Assembly (NCBI GenBank): GCA_035084275.1
Contig: CM068749.1
Span: 5,146,001-5,210,000 of the forward strand
From: Hydrolagus colliei
Taxonomy: Eukaryota
Length of the DNA stretch: 64,000 nt
Direction: 5' to 3'
The translations under genes and the position numbers were made by a program. Positions 46,119-59,601 of this stretch are shown here, piece after piece (the first letter of the stretch is position 1; the number at the start of each line of letters is the position of its first letter). The notes beneath the pieces were generated by a model. That model made no database searches. It was not told the origin of the DNA and saw only the letters and a program-made list of their open reading frames with translations.

Positions 46119-49100
46119 TACAAAATTCTTAAGTATTAATAAGACAATTTGTTATCAAATATATATACATATGTATACACAGAGGAAACCCCATTATTTT
46201 ACAATTCCATATTACACACATTATTCCTTCGGAAGGTAGCAAGGGGAAGGACATGGCCTTGAATAGGAATGCTCAGTCTGTGCAGTATTTACACACTATA
46301 CACAGTACACAGTCAAGTACTCCTCTGTGTAGTTCTGTTCTGTACAGTAAATAGGCAAGTCTCCTTATCCTCGTCCACCTAGCATATGCTTTGAGACTGG
46401 GTGCAATGCTCTAGAGACATATCCATTACAGGACTGACCACAGCAGCTTTTTCACTTCCAAGTTCGTAATAAATAGTCCTTTTATTTTTCTTGTAGATCC
46501 AGCCAGCATTCTTATAGACTGCACAGTAGTGGCGCTTTCTCATGTACGTAAGTAAACTAAGGCAACGTTTTGAAACTGCAGCCCTACAGATAGCTGGTCA
46601 TGACCACTTCCTACTCTGAAGACTTAGAACAGAAATGTTGGGTTTAACATCAAGTCACTAGTGCTTAACTTTGATATCCTGGGGCTTCCACCTCAGCCTG
46701 GCTTTGAACAATAGGAATTAATAATCAGAATGAACCTGCCCTTTGTGCCTTGTGAGCAGAGTTCCTGCTTAGCAACAGCCAACCTGTGATGTACCTCACT
46801 TTTTGGTGCTACATCATGCAGCATTATTATTTTGTTTTAGAAAAAGAAACAAGCAATAGTGGTCTTGAAAGCTTAGGTATAGCAATCTGTGGATAACATT
46901 TATCCCAATTCAGCCCACTTGTCACAAAGAATGAGATCCTGACCAGCTGCATAGATGCAGCCAAGATTAAGGCAAGAAACAAAACCCATCTCACCGAGTC
47001 CAGCACATCACATTTTTGGCTAAACTTTGCACACGATTCACACACATACAAAAAAAGGCCCCCGGACGCAGTTTATTTTCAACACTCACACTGGAAGGGT
47101 TTTCTCCGCTCATTTAAGATTTTCACTCTCTCACTAGAGATCAACTCACAGGTGGGCGGAAATTCCAGTTGGCATTGCTCAAGGTTAAACAACTGTTGGA
47201 TGAGAACAATCCTTGCATTTGATGCAGCGCCTTATCACGTCCCAGCAGTATCTCACAAACATGGAATGAGCAATTAAATTATTATTATTATTTCTTTTGA
47301 ATGGATTATTAAACCCAGCGCTACAGGATTCCATGATGCACAATTATAATGGGGTGGGGGGGAGGGGGTCCCATTGGTGGTCAAATGCACATTGGTGTTA
47401 TGCACAATATCAGGATTTCAGCCCATGGAGCTGAACTTAAAACTAGACTTTGGACCATAACACATAAAGTTGGAGTGAACCATTTTTTGGTGAAAGAAAA
47501 CGAAATGCGACAACCTGATTTAAGGAAAATATCAGATCCAATTTAGTGAGGCATGACACTGGCTTTGACAATGTGCACCTTTGCTGGGATTTCACATTAT
47601 AACCGGATTAAGTACATTAAACAGACTGCCACACAGACACCATCATCTTTTTAGGATATTGCGCAACATGCAAAAATAACCTGCTGCTCTTCGTAACCCT
47701 TAAGGGTGCAACCTTCTAAATAAATGCCCTTTTCAGTTCCTCTGCAATCCATCAATGGGCAGTAGTCTTGCTCTCTGGCCATTCTCCCATACCAGCCACC
47801 CACTTTCAATGGACCACTTATGAAAAGAACACATACTACATAATTGGTGCCAGCATTCAAGACACACTGACTGGTGGTAAATTATAGCTGTGGTAAAGGG
47901 CGAGTTCAAATTGGATCCGCCCCCATTCTAACACAAAGTTTGGTACTTATTCTTCAAAGGCTACGCTTCACATGGGGTAGGGAAATGGAGGTTGCACCGC
48001 TAGGAAATTATAGGCACATTGAACTCTCTGAAACCTTTGGGACGGAATATGGGGGGAGGGTGGAATAAACTATCAAATGACTTGCTAAAGGTGGATAGAT
48101 ATCCCTTGGTTCTCTCAACTACAACAATCTTGAGGCTGGACAGGAGAATGTAAACACAAAACAAGGAATAATACATGTCTTGCCACCAGTCTCCACTGTT
48201 CTGGCATGCCAGGGTCTGGCCTGAATTGCTGCAGAGAAACTCCTGAATGGTTTCCATTAGTCAACAAGTGTCATTAACGGTCAATATCCAAGTCCGTCAA
48301 TGGAACAAAGAGAGATTTTCCTCATTCCAAATAACTTAAAAATCACAAAGAAAACACATCAAACAGTTACTGTAAGGATCACTTTTCTCTGTCAATCATG
48401 CAGGCACACTCTTGCTCATTAGTACAGTGGTTGATCATTGTCAATAAGATATTTGCTATCCTTGATTCACCTCACACAAAAAACAACATATGCCAAATGC
48501 AGATACCAGAGCAGGTATGCCATTACACTTTGCCTCTGCCCTTCCACTATCCTGAAGCAACTGATATAATAAACTAGAGTACAGTTCCATGCTCATCAAA
48601 CAACTATCTTCCATACATCGTTCCAGTGCCCATTCGTTCAGTGTAGTGAAGTGTGTGTGCAGTGGTGGTGGGGGGGAAGGATGGGTGGTGGGGGAAGAAA
48701 GAGAGGGAGGGGTAGGGGGACAATCACAGCAAACCCCAACCCTGTCCTCACCAGACATACACGCACACAATTCCAGCGGAGATCACTGAAGGCATCAGCG
48801 ATCAGTAACGGAAATCCTGGTTGGCATTTGTCCTTCTTCCACCAGGGACTGTAGCCCCAATGACTGTCCCCAGGTTGGTTAGATCCACTAACTCAAAACG
48901 ACCAGAAACCAAATTTACAACCTCCTGTCTGTGCAGGGCCGTGAAATTACCCACATTGAGGAAGCCTGTAGTGAAGTTGTTAATGCAATGACAGAAGTCT
49001 GTTTGAACATCTCTGAATGAAAGTCTCTGCCACTGTTTAGATAAATAAATCACAAAAGGGTGAATATAAATAGGAAAATAAATCGGAGCTTCTGGTATCT

Positions 49101-49314
49101 GTCTCTGGCTAGGAAATCGCCTACCTACAGTCTAGAGTGGTTCAAAACCCCAGACTATCTGGTGACCACAACCCAGTGATGAAACCGGGCGCAAGACAAA
49201 TCTGCAGAGGGTTATAGACGAGTTTTCCCCCTAATCCTCGCATTGTCAACCCTTTGAATGAAAGGCCAGTCAGACTTCCTCTTCTCCATCAGTGATCTGA
49301 TGACACGGTCGGTA

Positions 49315-49479
49315 TTAAGATGCTACAAGCTTTGACCGTTTCTCCTGAATCTGGTTCAGTACATCTATTGTGTCTTTTATAAGGGCCTCGAAAATCCCAT
49401 CCGCCAACTGCATCTTAACACAGAGTTCATCCTCATCGTAATTCACCCACTGCGCTTCCTCCTCGTGCAGCTCCTGGAC
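49315..49479 (-). CDS. CEP350: CEP350 last coding exon (VQELHEEEAQWVNYDEDELCVKMQLADGIFEALIKDT...LVAS*)
   Basis: Near-identical to recalled CEP350 C-terminus; absent from the ORF track. Confidence 0.97.
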   Translation of the reverse strand, partial: VQELHEEEAQWVNYDEDELCVKMQLADGIFEALIKDTIDVLNQIQEKRSKLVAS

Positions 49480-50316
49480 CTGAAGAGAAAACAAGGCAAA
49501 TTAAAGAGCTTTCGTGGAGTCCTGTAGTGCAGTGGTTGGAGTGCTTGCCTCACAAACAAGAGGATCATGCTTCGATTTCCGGACGGGGAAAAGAAAACTT
49601 TAGGCAAGTTTCCTTACGCCTCTATTTGCCTAGCACATACCTAGCATACGTCCTCCCAATGTGAAAGGCACTCTATAAATGTAATTTTGTTTGTGTTTGT
49701 AGTAGTAAGTAGAATCACAGTTGTTAGTTGATTGGTAATCGCTTTCTAGTGGTAATAATCCCTTCATATATTCATAGAATTTTACAAACAGAAGGAGGTC
49801 ATTTGGCCTATCGTACCTTTGAATATCCAACTAGTTCTACTACCCTTAACCCCTAACCAAGGTCTTTCCCCTTAACCATGCCAATTTTTCCCTTTCAAGT
49901 AAGTATCCAATTCCCTTTTGAAAGTTAATATTGAATCCGCTTCCACTACCCTTTCAGGCATATTATTCCAGATCATTCCAACCATCAAACAAAATCTGAC
50001 TGTATGTGGGACACTACTGTGCCGCTGTGTTTTGTCACAGTCAATTCACTTTACAGTATATTCTATGAGGCGCTTTGAGAAATCACAATGACATGATAAG
50101 GCGCTACATCAAATGAAAGGATTATTATTATTATTGCTTGGGGCACATTCTGGGGCAGTAACTCTTGTTGAAAACTATCATAAAGAAGGGCTCAAAATTG
50201 TAATTAAGCAGGTCCAACCAAATGCCAACCTCCTGTAGATGCGATGATTTAATGGTGTACTGGGGACATGTTGCCTTTATAACCTGCTCTAGGAAGAGTA
50301 TGACTGCACAGCTCAC

Positions 50317-50439
50317 CAATATGTGATCCACTCGATCACGCTTCTTTCTGCCAAATTTCATCATCTTTTGCCAGTCTGTTTTATTGTTCTGTTCTCTTCT
50401 GAGCCCAAACAGTTTCAGCACCTCGTTGGAAATGAAGGT
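50317..50439 (-). CDS. CEP350: CEP350 exon (TFISNEVLKLF...KFGRKKRDRVDHIL)
   Basis: DWQKMMKFGRKKRDRVDHIL motif; phase 0-0. Confidence 0.96.
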
Positions 50440-50661
50440 CTGCAGACAAATAGAAGTGAGACTCAAACTGCTGCACAATATTCATCAGTTCGCTCATCAG
50501 AAATTCCTTAAAAACACTGAGAAGATTGGTACTATTGGTTTGGACCCCAACAAACAACAGTGAACTTACAAAGATGTGGAGAGGAAATCTGAGGAAGCTC
50601 ATGAAGATAGTAAATCAAACTTCAACCTGTTGAGGGACAAATACACTGTGAGTGATATTAC

Positions 50662-50808
50662 CTTAACCTCATCCATATCCTGCAGGTTCCTCACTCGTCT
50701 GAAATAAGATGAGCTCATTCGGCTGGACTTCATCCAAGGAGGCTGAGTGGCGTTAGGGTCTTCCGCAAAAATCTCACTGAAAATCTCCCTCGTCAAGTTG
50801 AACATGGC
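50662..50808 (-). CDS. CEP350: CEP350 exon (AMFNLTREIFSEIFAEDPN...)
   Basis: Matches AVFDLTKEIFEEIFAEDPN; phase 0-0. Confidence 0.95.
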
Positions 50809-51112
50809 CTGAGGATACAGGAAGATTACACTCAATTCCTCATTCCTCCCAAAAATATCCACCTCCATGAGTTTAATCTTTTGATTGGCTGCCAGGGTAG
50901 AATGATTGTTCACAATCACAATCTGCGGATCTACTCCCATTAATAATATTAAGCTTATGATTGAAAGAGACAACAATCAGAGAAAGAATGAAACAGAAGG
51001 TTAGAAACCACTTCTTAACCAAAGGTGGCTCATTGCAGCTCAGACACAATGGCTTATTTCTGCACTAAAGCAATGATATTGTAATCCACCTCATCTACAT
51101 TTAAAATGCGTC

Positions 51113-51428
51113 AGTCTGGCTCAGTGGTAACACTCTATTCTCTGAGTCAGGAGGTTGTGGGATCAAGCCCCCAAGTTGGGACTCACAAGTCTAGGCTGAG
51201 ACTCCAATATAGTGCTGAATGTGTATTGCACTTGGCACAATACAATAAGTTGCTCTCCTTCAGATGAGATGTTAAATCAAAGTCCCTGCTACTTGTTCAG
51301 GTTGATGATCGCATGTCACTATTTGTAAAGAGAAGGATTTTTTCTATCCTGGTGTCCTGAGCAACAAACCCCCAAATAAAACTGATCATTAGCTTCACTG
51401 CTATTTGTGGACATTGTTGTGTGCAAAT
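51113..51428 (+). mobile_element. Deu-domain SINE, tail truncated
   Basis: Same family as the 43826 copy. Confidence 0.7.
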
Positions 51429-51488
51429 GCAGAGGATAAAGCAGAGCTCAAAGCAGCCAAGCCACTCAGTAATTGTTATAGTGTGCGC

Positions 51489-51987
51489 TAGGGTCCGTTG
51501 ATATGGAAATTTTCCGATTTAGATATATCGATGGGCTCATATCGAGATATCGATATTTTTGGGTTTTTCATACTGCGCATGTGTCGCGAGGTGCGCGCGC
51601 ATTCGGGGCCTATCTCCTCAGGAGGTAAATTTCTCTCTCTGTGTTTCTCACACTCACTCTCTCCATCTCTGTGTTTTTCTGTCTGTGTCTCTATCCTCTC
51701 TCACATCCCCCCATCTCTATCTATCTGTATATTATCACATCCACCCCGTCTCCCCCCACCCATTTGTCCTCCTATCACCGTCCCTCTCTCTCCAGTATGG
51801 CGGCTTGCACCTCGGTCTGTGCATTGTGTATAGAGATGAGCATTCTGGGTCTTGTAGTTCAGTGCGCGCGTATTCCGATCTTTTCCGATATATCTACTTT
51901 TCGATATATCGATATTTCAAAAATGTCTATGTCGGCATATCGATATGAAAGTTATGTTGGATATAACTGATATATCGTCGGACCCTA
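51489..51987. mobile_element. hAT-type MITE (499 bp)
   Basis: TIR TAGGGTCCG(TT/AC)GATAT; 8-bp TSD GTGTGCGC / GTGTACGC (7/8); subterminal ATATCGAT repeats. Confidence 0.85.
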
Positions 51988-52141
51988 GTGTACGCCACAC
52001 ATCTGAGATGCCCAGAAATCCAACGGCACAGGCATGCGGGGCATTTATTGTGGGATGAAAAGATGGAGGCAGTGCAGAGAAAGAGGGGAGAGAAGGCAAC
52101 AACACTATTATTTTGTTTTTGAACCATCTGCTATATCTCAC

Positions 52142-52546
52142 CTCATAATAAACTCGTTTACTGACACTCTCGATATCCTGCCCTTTACAGTTGACAAAGT
52201 AGTCCCCAGGTATGTGCATGTCCTGCAGAGACTGACCCAGCTCCTGCCACTTCCACAGTTCCTCAGCTGCCGCATGGACCATTTTCTCAACCTCCTCTGC
52301 ATTGTGTGGCACAGCAAAGTATGGTTCCTCCCGCACTTTCTGAGGCACGGCCTTCTGCACCTCTGCTGGCTGCAGCGGCTGCTGGTTTGGCTCGGGCTGT
52401 GGCACTTTGCGAGAGCTCAGCCCAAAGTCCTCGTCGAACCAGTCCTGTTCATCTCCCAGGTCATCCAGGAGCTCTCGGCTCCACTCCAACTCTGCAAGCC
52501 TCTTGGCCAGCTCCTCTTGCCCACTTGTTCCAAACACTGGACTGCC
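52142..52546 (-). CDS. CEP350: CEP350 exon (GSPVFGTSGQEELAKRLAELE...SKRVYYE)
   Basis: Homologous motifs; 405 bp, phase 0-0. Confidence 0.95.
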
Positions 52547-52907
52547 CTGTCAAAGAATAGCAATAGGCTAGTGAACAAACGGAACATCTGACTCTAGAAG
52601 TACTTATATCATTGAATTCCAGTCAGAAAATCGATGCAATGAGAGGTGGAGGCTTTATATTCTTCACAGACCCACCTATAAAATGAGAAAGCTTGGAAAA
52701 AGCTTTCAAAATAAAATATTTGTTTGTCAAATCACAGATCATAGTCAATACCTTTCTAGTAAAAGGTTAGTTGGAACAAAACTAACTGTATCAAGAAATA
52801 TGAGGGAAAATAATGAGAAAGTAACATAAAGCCTCTTTAATCCTTCAATACTAAGAGTGCCCAGAGAGAGAGAGAGAGAAAGAGAGAAAGATAACGCCAG
52901 TACTTAC

Positions 52908-55246
52908 AGGTCTAGCGCAGAGGTCTGGAGATAATGGTTCTTCTCGATCATCATCACTGTCCATTCCCACAAGACTCTGCAGCTGGAGTGCAACAGCATC
53001 CTGCACCTCCACGTGGTAGGCAGGAGCCCACAGAGTGGATTCATCAGCCAATTCTACATTCAGTTCCTCATTCGTCAGGTGAATCTTCCCATTGCGATTC
53101 TTCTTGATGTCTTGCAACTGTTTGACTGTCTCCTTGACAAAGAACGACAGCAGATTGTCAGCCAATGAACTGGCCTTGGTCTTGTTGTCCTCTGGTTCCT
53201 CCTCTGCTTGAACCTCCTCAGTTTCCTCAAAGATTTCCTCAGACACAGGACCAAAGTGTGATGCTCTGAGTTGGGCCTCGAGCTGCTCCTTTTCCCGGGT
53301 CAACAAGTCCAGGAGAGGTGTAGAAGACACTTCATGCCCAGCTGGTGAAACTTCTTTCTCCCTTATTGCATCATTTGAAGAAACCATAGATACTTTAGTG
53401 AAGAAATTATCAACCATGTCTGTTGATAGCAAGTCGGTTGCAGATCCATCAGGTGGGTTGAAGTTCTCTTTGGTTAGATTTTCTAATTGATCCTTTGGAG
53501 TGTTTTCTGGCAAAATCTCTTCCAAATTCTGATCACAAACAAAGGATTCCACAGCCTTGGCAGATTCATTTATAATATGCCCCAAATCAATGATATTGGA
53601 GTCAGAATACTGAATAGATGCATATTGTGCATCATTCCTAGAGACAGACAGATTTAAGTCTACTTTACCAGCTGGGATTTCACCGGTTTGAGAATCTTTG
53701 GGCTCATTTTCACCCTGCTGAATCTCATCCTTTGAATGATACTGCGTATCCTTCTCCTGACTAAATGCTTCACGATATTGATTTAATTTACTCTCAAACA
53801 ACGATTCTTCATCATCTTCAGTGGTATCGATCAGCTCCTCATATCCCTCTGGAAGATGGGAAATCTTATGTGGAGGTGCAAAGATGCCGTGTTTGTCTTT
53901 GCATGTGAAGTACACTATGCCATCGTACATGCCGTTATTACTGCCTTCAGGCTTGTCCAGCTCCACTCCAGCCCAAAAGCCATTTGCAAATCTCGTTTGG
54001 CCCTTGAAATGCAATGTTCCTGGTTGAACGCTACTAACCAAAACTCTATCTCCGATTTGGAACGTTGGTAGCTCATCTGTCTCGAATGGCATTGCTGTTG
54101 AGGTATGCTCTGGAGAAGGTGACAGCACAGGTACATGGTCTTTAGTGCCTACGTCACTACGTTCTTCATTTTTGCTCCTCTCCGTTGGGGACTTCAACTC
54201 CCACAGTCTCTCTGAATGGCCGCTGCCGGTGAAGGATTTTTCGCTCAGATGCTCACTGATTTCTGCATCAGAGTCGATACTTGATGAAACACTCTGGCAA
54301 CGTCCTTCCTTTTCATTCACTTCCTCCTGCTTTGGTTGATCACAAAGGAACTGCCCAGGTGGCTCAATGGAATGCTCCCCCATTTCTTTTCTGGATGAAA
54401 AGGCCGCCAGTGATTCAGAGTTGGAGCTTTCAACACAGGTTTTGGTATGTTCTTCAGATGCTTTCTTTCTGGGTGTTGACTCAAAGTCTTCTGAATATGT
54501 CGGCTCTTTTCTGGAGGAGAGAGCTGAAACCTCTTGAGGATGGGGGTCATTTCTGTTTGATCCATTATTCACTGTGCTACCATCAGACTTAATAGATTTG
54601 GCAGAGGTATCAGACTTACTAGACTTGACGCTCTTCACCGAGCTAACAGAATGGTCACTTGCTCCATCCTCGTCAGCAGAGCCTTCTTTGCCCAGACTGT
54701 AAACTCCTTCCTGCAAGTCCCCAACATTTTGCTCCACACTGTTAACTGTATGTGACTGCACCTTGTCCTCGGGAGACGTCGAGCTTCGCTGAGTCAATGT
54801 CTCAAGTAACTCAGGCGTGTGAGATTTTACATCAATTAGGTTGAGTAAGGGTTCAGATTCATTAGACTGCTGGGAGGGAACATGAAATTCATCGGCCTCA
54901 GATTCCTCCGATTTTATAGTTTGAAGCTCCTCCTGAATATCATCTTGCCCGGATCTGTGACTCGACACCACGCTTTCGTCACCAGACCCATCGTCCAGCC
55001 TGATGCTGGACACATCTGGCAGGCGGCCGCACTCAGTAGCTCCAATCTGAAGTAGAGAGAGGGACACGTTGTCCAAACCCTCAGCAAACTCCAGGACAGA
55101 TCTCAAAGACTTGGAGACTGGTGAAGGACTTTGAGAAGACTCATCTGTCCGGATGTCAGGGACTCCTGATTTGTTCAGACTCGCTGATCTCAGCTCACTC
55201 AAGTGCAGTTTGGATCTTCGACTTGCCACACTCAACGATCTAGATT
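52908..55246 (-). CDS. CEP350: CEP350 large exon with CAP-Gly domain
   Basis: FQIGDRVLV..GFWAGVELDKPEGSNNG..YFTCKDKHGIFAP; 2339 bp, phase 1-0. Confidence 0.97.
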
Positions 55247-55548
55247 CTGTAACAATCAAGTTCAAATAAGAGTTGTAATCATTTGTTCCCCTTGTAACCT
55301 GCCTCTCCCTTCCCATTTCATCAATGGATAATAACACAAAATGCAATACCAAATTGTGACATAACATGGGTTTTCAGTCTCATAGAAATGCTTTTGAAAT
55401 GGACACAGTAAACCTCAGCAATAAATTACTCTATCTAGCAGCGCCGTAAAGCCATATTCTTTATCCTGGCTTCCTCCTTGTTCAGAACACATTAGAATGT
55501 CCAGCGGATTATAAGTTGAATTCCGACATTACAATACCAAGTACATAC

Positions 55549-55628
55549 CCTGATCAGTAGCAGACCCCAGAGAAGCTCTGGATTTTTCAGACTCAGTCAG
55601 GGATTTCCAGCTCTTGGCTGATTCACTC
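55549..55628 (-). CDS. CEP350: CEP350 exon (SESAKSWKSLTESEKSRASL)
   Basis: Matches SETAKNWKSLTESERSRGSL; phase 2-1. Confidence 0.93.
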
Positions 55629-56891
55629 CTGGAATAGAAGGCACAGTTAGAGCTCTGCAACTACAGTAAACACCCGTTTATCCATGACCCAATCAACCGG
55701 ATTGCTCTACCCCCTCCTGGGGCAATTCCCCCTTCCAGCAATCGCGAGTGTGCTCACTTTGCGCATGCGTGCAATGTGTGTGCACTTATTAAACTTACAA
55801 ACTTGGGGTTTTAAAGATCATTTTACTGAGTGTGCTGGAATCTTTATTGGTAAGTATCTATACAATATTCTGTTATTATTTCATGTATTATTAATATGGT
55901 ATGTTTTAAAATAAGTAAATTTTTTGTGTTGGGTTTTCGGCAACTTGCCGCCCGATCATCCGGCTTAGTCAATTAGTTGATCCCCCACAAAGTGCCCCCC
56001 ACAGTCTTTTACTGTACAACAATTCTGGTCAAAGAGAAAGTGTACAAGACAGAATTTCCAGTTTCATCAGAGGTAAACTTACATGGGGACAAAATGCAGT
56101 GTAAAAACCCCCACAACATTTGTCGATTTTAAGCAGGCTTTCTAAAGGATTCAAAGTCCCAAACTTTCCATGGACAGCATACCATGAGAACATCTTTCAT
56201 ACAATCTTAAATTCCTTTCTTTTAAAAAAAATCCCTTCAGTATAGATTCATAAGAACATAAGAAGTAGGAGCAGGAGTAGGCCATTCAGCCCCTCGAGCC
56301 TGCCCCGTCATTTATTTAGATCATGGCTGATTAGAAATGGCTCCTAATTCCATTTACCCGCCCTATCCCCATATCCCTTAGCTTTTAAAAAACTGTCGTC
56401 AGTTTTTCAATTAGATATCTCTAACAAACTATACTGCACTTTTAAAAATAAAGACTAGACTCCTTTGTGAAATAATAATTCTTGCATTTGATACAGAAAC
56501 TTAACACGTCACTGAGACTTTAAAAAGTACTTCACAGGATATATTGTAAAGTAAGTTGAGTGTATTTTGTGGGTGAAACACGGCAATCAATTGTGCACAG
56601 CAATGTCCCACAAACAGCTGTGGATTGAGTGACCACATTTTTCTTGTGATTATGGAATAACTGGATACTTCCTGAACTTTTCATGTCTGATTTAGCAGCT
56701 TCCCAAGATCACTGACTCCTGGGAAAACATATTACTATTGTGACAAAGGTTTCAGTGACGAATCACCCCTGAGCAAAATTGTTGACACCACACATATGGG
56801 TTACCAAGAACTTGGCTTTTCCCTTAAATTAAGTCAACCAAAGAACATTTCTTCAGATGCATTATTGGGTTATGTTTGTGGCATTGAATAC

Positions 56892-57028
56892 CTTTGCAGA
56901 GGGTGTGGTTTAATATTGGGCTTCTCGGCAGAACTGGATGGAGTTTTGATCTGTGGTTTTGTTGAGGTAGATAGATCTAGGTCTTTGCTTAGCTCAGCTT
57001 GCGTCTTCTTGATGAATTCATCATAGGA
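56892..57028 (-). CDS. CEP350: CEP350 exon (SYDEFIKKTQAELSKDL...)
   Basis: Matches SYDEFIKKTEAELSQDL; phase 0-2. Confidence 0.94.
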
Positions 57029-57680
57029 CTAGTGATGAAACAGAAGCACATGGAAATTGATGAACAAATTGATTTCACCTGAGGCAGTAGCTTGGGTTAC
57101 AACTGGCGGAAGAGAGACACTCAAAGGGCCCTGCACAGTCCAATGTTAAGCCAAATTGTTTCACACCACTAGCATTTATACCTAAGTTAATATCATGGCA
57201 CAACCATAAAGATTACAAATGATGCACAGGATTTATACTGTATCTAAATATTAATTACAGCTGTCTTTCTTTGTGAATATGAACATGGCACTCGTTTCTA
57301 CATGGCACTCGTTTCTCAAAACTCAAAGCAGTAAACAGTGTTCCCAACATTAAAATGCCAGATACAGTGCTTGCTTTTATGCTGCTTAGGAAACTTTAAA
57401 GCTTTTACTTTTTCAAGATTACACGGTTGTCACACTGCACTTACACCTCAAGGATCTGAATTCAAACACACTTGAGACATCTTCCTGATGTGAAAGATGT
57501 TATACAAATGTAAATGTTATTGCATTCTTTCTTTGTCTCGGTGCTGCAAGAAAGACTTTGGGAAGTCTTCATCCAGTTTCTGTTTGACATGGAACCAAAG
57601 CAGTTAGTTGGTGCAGACTAGAAGTTTTACTGAGTTGATAGATGGAGGATATCCAGAACTATGACTTTCCATGCCCAATC

Positions 57681-57959
57681 CAACAACAACAACAACAATT
57701 TACATTTATAGAGCGCCTTTCACGTCGGGAGGACGTCCCAAGGCGCTGAACAGGAGGCGTGTGACCCGAGCTGGGAGGGGAGTGTTTGGGAAGGGGTGAA
57801 ACACGAAGGGGAAGTAAAAGAGTTCGGGGTGGAACAAAAGGCACGATCGAAGAGGAAAGTCTTCAAACCGGCCTTGAAAGAGGAAAGGGAAGAGACGAAA
57901 CGGAGGGATTGAGGGATGGCATTCCATAAGGTGGGAGCGGAGAAACTGAAGGCCCGGCC
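57681..57959 (-). mobile_element. Young L2 3' end, nearly identical to 31940-32224
   Basis: Translations differ only at WDFLPT/WDVLPT. Confidence 0.95.
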
Positions 57960-58034
57960 AAGATTCTTAACGAGAATTATTAGACTACAAACCTTCACAA
58001 CTAGTCAAAGAGCAGATGTGCACTGTGTCCTTAC

Positions 58035-58195
58035 CTCCAGCTGTTTGAGGAGGCTGGCCTCCTGAGCTTTCAGTCTCTCCTTCTGTCTCTTCCTCTGTTC
58101 TTTCTTGAGTTGATCTACAATGGACTTTCGTTTCCTGAGCTCAGCCTTCAGTGCACGGATCCTGCTCTCAATGTCGCTCTGGTCTGAAGCGGTTT
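58035..58195 (-). CDS. CEP350: CEP350 exon (SDQSDIESRIRALKAELRKRK...LKQLE)
   Basis: Conserved coiled coil; phase 1-0. Confidence 0.96.
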
Positions 58196-58964
58196 CTGTA
58201 AAGCGGATGTTCTCCTGGGTTATATTACACAGACTCGCATGCTCAACAAATGGCAATGCTGAGATAGACCTTTTGCCACAATTGCACTGCAACCTTTTTT
58301 TTAAAAAACAAAACCCCACCAACGGTCAAGAAATAAATAGCAAGTGGGGAGAATGAAGGAAAAGAGAGAACCTTTTAAGAGGTGTTTAAGATTATGAACA
58401 TTTTATAAGGTGAATACTAAGAGACTGTTTCCACTTGTTGGCGAGTCTAAAATAAGGGAGCATAAATACAAGATAGATTTCAGTAAATGTAAAAAAAAAA
58501 GGCTTCAGGAGGAATGTCTTGTCACATAGATACATTAGGATATGGAATGTTGTCCCAGGAGCACTCTTCCCTTTTGAAGGCATTTTGGCCTTCAAGAAGG
58601 AACTGGGCAAACAACTTAGGCTACTACAGGGATGTGCGGAAAGGGCAAGTAAAAGGGATTGAAAGAATTGCTCTCGAGGAATGCTTCACTGAACAATAGA
58701 CCAAATGGGTTCCCTTGCTATGGATTTTTATGGTTCTATGATCTTCATGTAGAAGATGGCGAGAATGCACAACTCGTAGCGAACCCAGAACAGAACGGAA
58801 ACCTGTGACCTTTTGGTCACGGTCTCGTCGTGTGGGGTAGCCATCCACTGGTGCATCTACTCATAGGAGCAGTTCAGCTTGTTTACAGTATTGAGTAGTT
58901 TAAGATGTTGTTTGTAGGACTGTAGGAAACAGCAAAATTCACACGTGCGCCAGTGTTTTCTTAC

Positions 58965-59112
58965 CTGAATATGTCATGGAAACAGACTCATCGGACCAGC
59001 TCCCAGATGGTTTGCGTGTTTTTCCTGGAGGGCTGATCTCTACACTGAGACTGGAGCTGCTTTTCTGACCATCTTGCTTTAAACCAGTGGCACTCACTTT
59101 CAAGGGAGGAGA
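58965..59112 (-). CDS. CEP350: CEP350 exon (...SWSDESVSMTYS)
   Basis: Matches SWSDESLSMTQS; phase 0-1. Confidence 0.9.
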
Positions 59113-59392
59113 CTGCCCAAGAGAAACAAAATGCAATAAATAGTTGGAACATTAACAAAGCTTTCTGGTAAACAGAAACCAGTCAACAAGGAAATCTGGG
59201 AAAGGGAGAGCTTATGAAGGCTGCTTGTTCATATATATGTGACTGCACCACACAATGAGGTCCTGACCTCAGACCTTCATCTATGTCAGTAATGGTAAGC
59301 ATCCACAGTCTGCTGGAGTTCATAGATGGAACAGAAGCGAAAGCAAGAGCATACTTTGAACTTCAAGACATAAAATGTACAATATTCTTTAC

Positions 59393-59601
59393 CTGTGTGC
59401 TCGGTGTAACCACAGATTCAAACTCCTGGGAATAGGTTTCTTGTATAAAAGCACTCCTCTCGTGGCTAGAGGTCTTCCTCTGGGTGACAGATGCCGACTC
59501 TACACTCTGTGCAGGGGGGCTGGTAACCTCCTCTGGAATGGAACTATCGCTGTTGAAGTGGGAACTTGACGGAGCTGGACACTCCTCCTCACTTGCTGTG
59601 T
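59393..59601 (-). CDS. CEP350: CEP350 exon (TASEEEC...FNSDSSIPEE...); alternative acceptor at 59595
   Basis: Matches IASEEES..LNSESSIPEE; phase 1-0. Confidence 0.88.

Noticed and set aside
48802-49053. 83-aa minus ORF WQRLSFRDVQ...
   Set aside because: Lies downstream of the CEP350 stop in the presumed 3' UTR; no recognisable domain
49515-49625. tRNA-like sequence with A and B boxes
   Set aside because: Continues into the SINE body (TTAGGCAAGTTTCCTTAC); it is a SINE head, not a tRNA gene
50809-50976. Signal-peptide-like N-terminus MLSLSIISLILL of the 125-aa ORF
   Set aside because: Intronic read-through upstream of the true CEP350 acceptor at 50808
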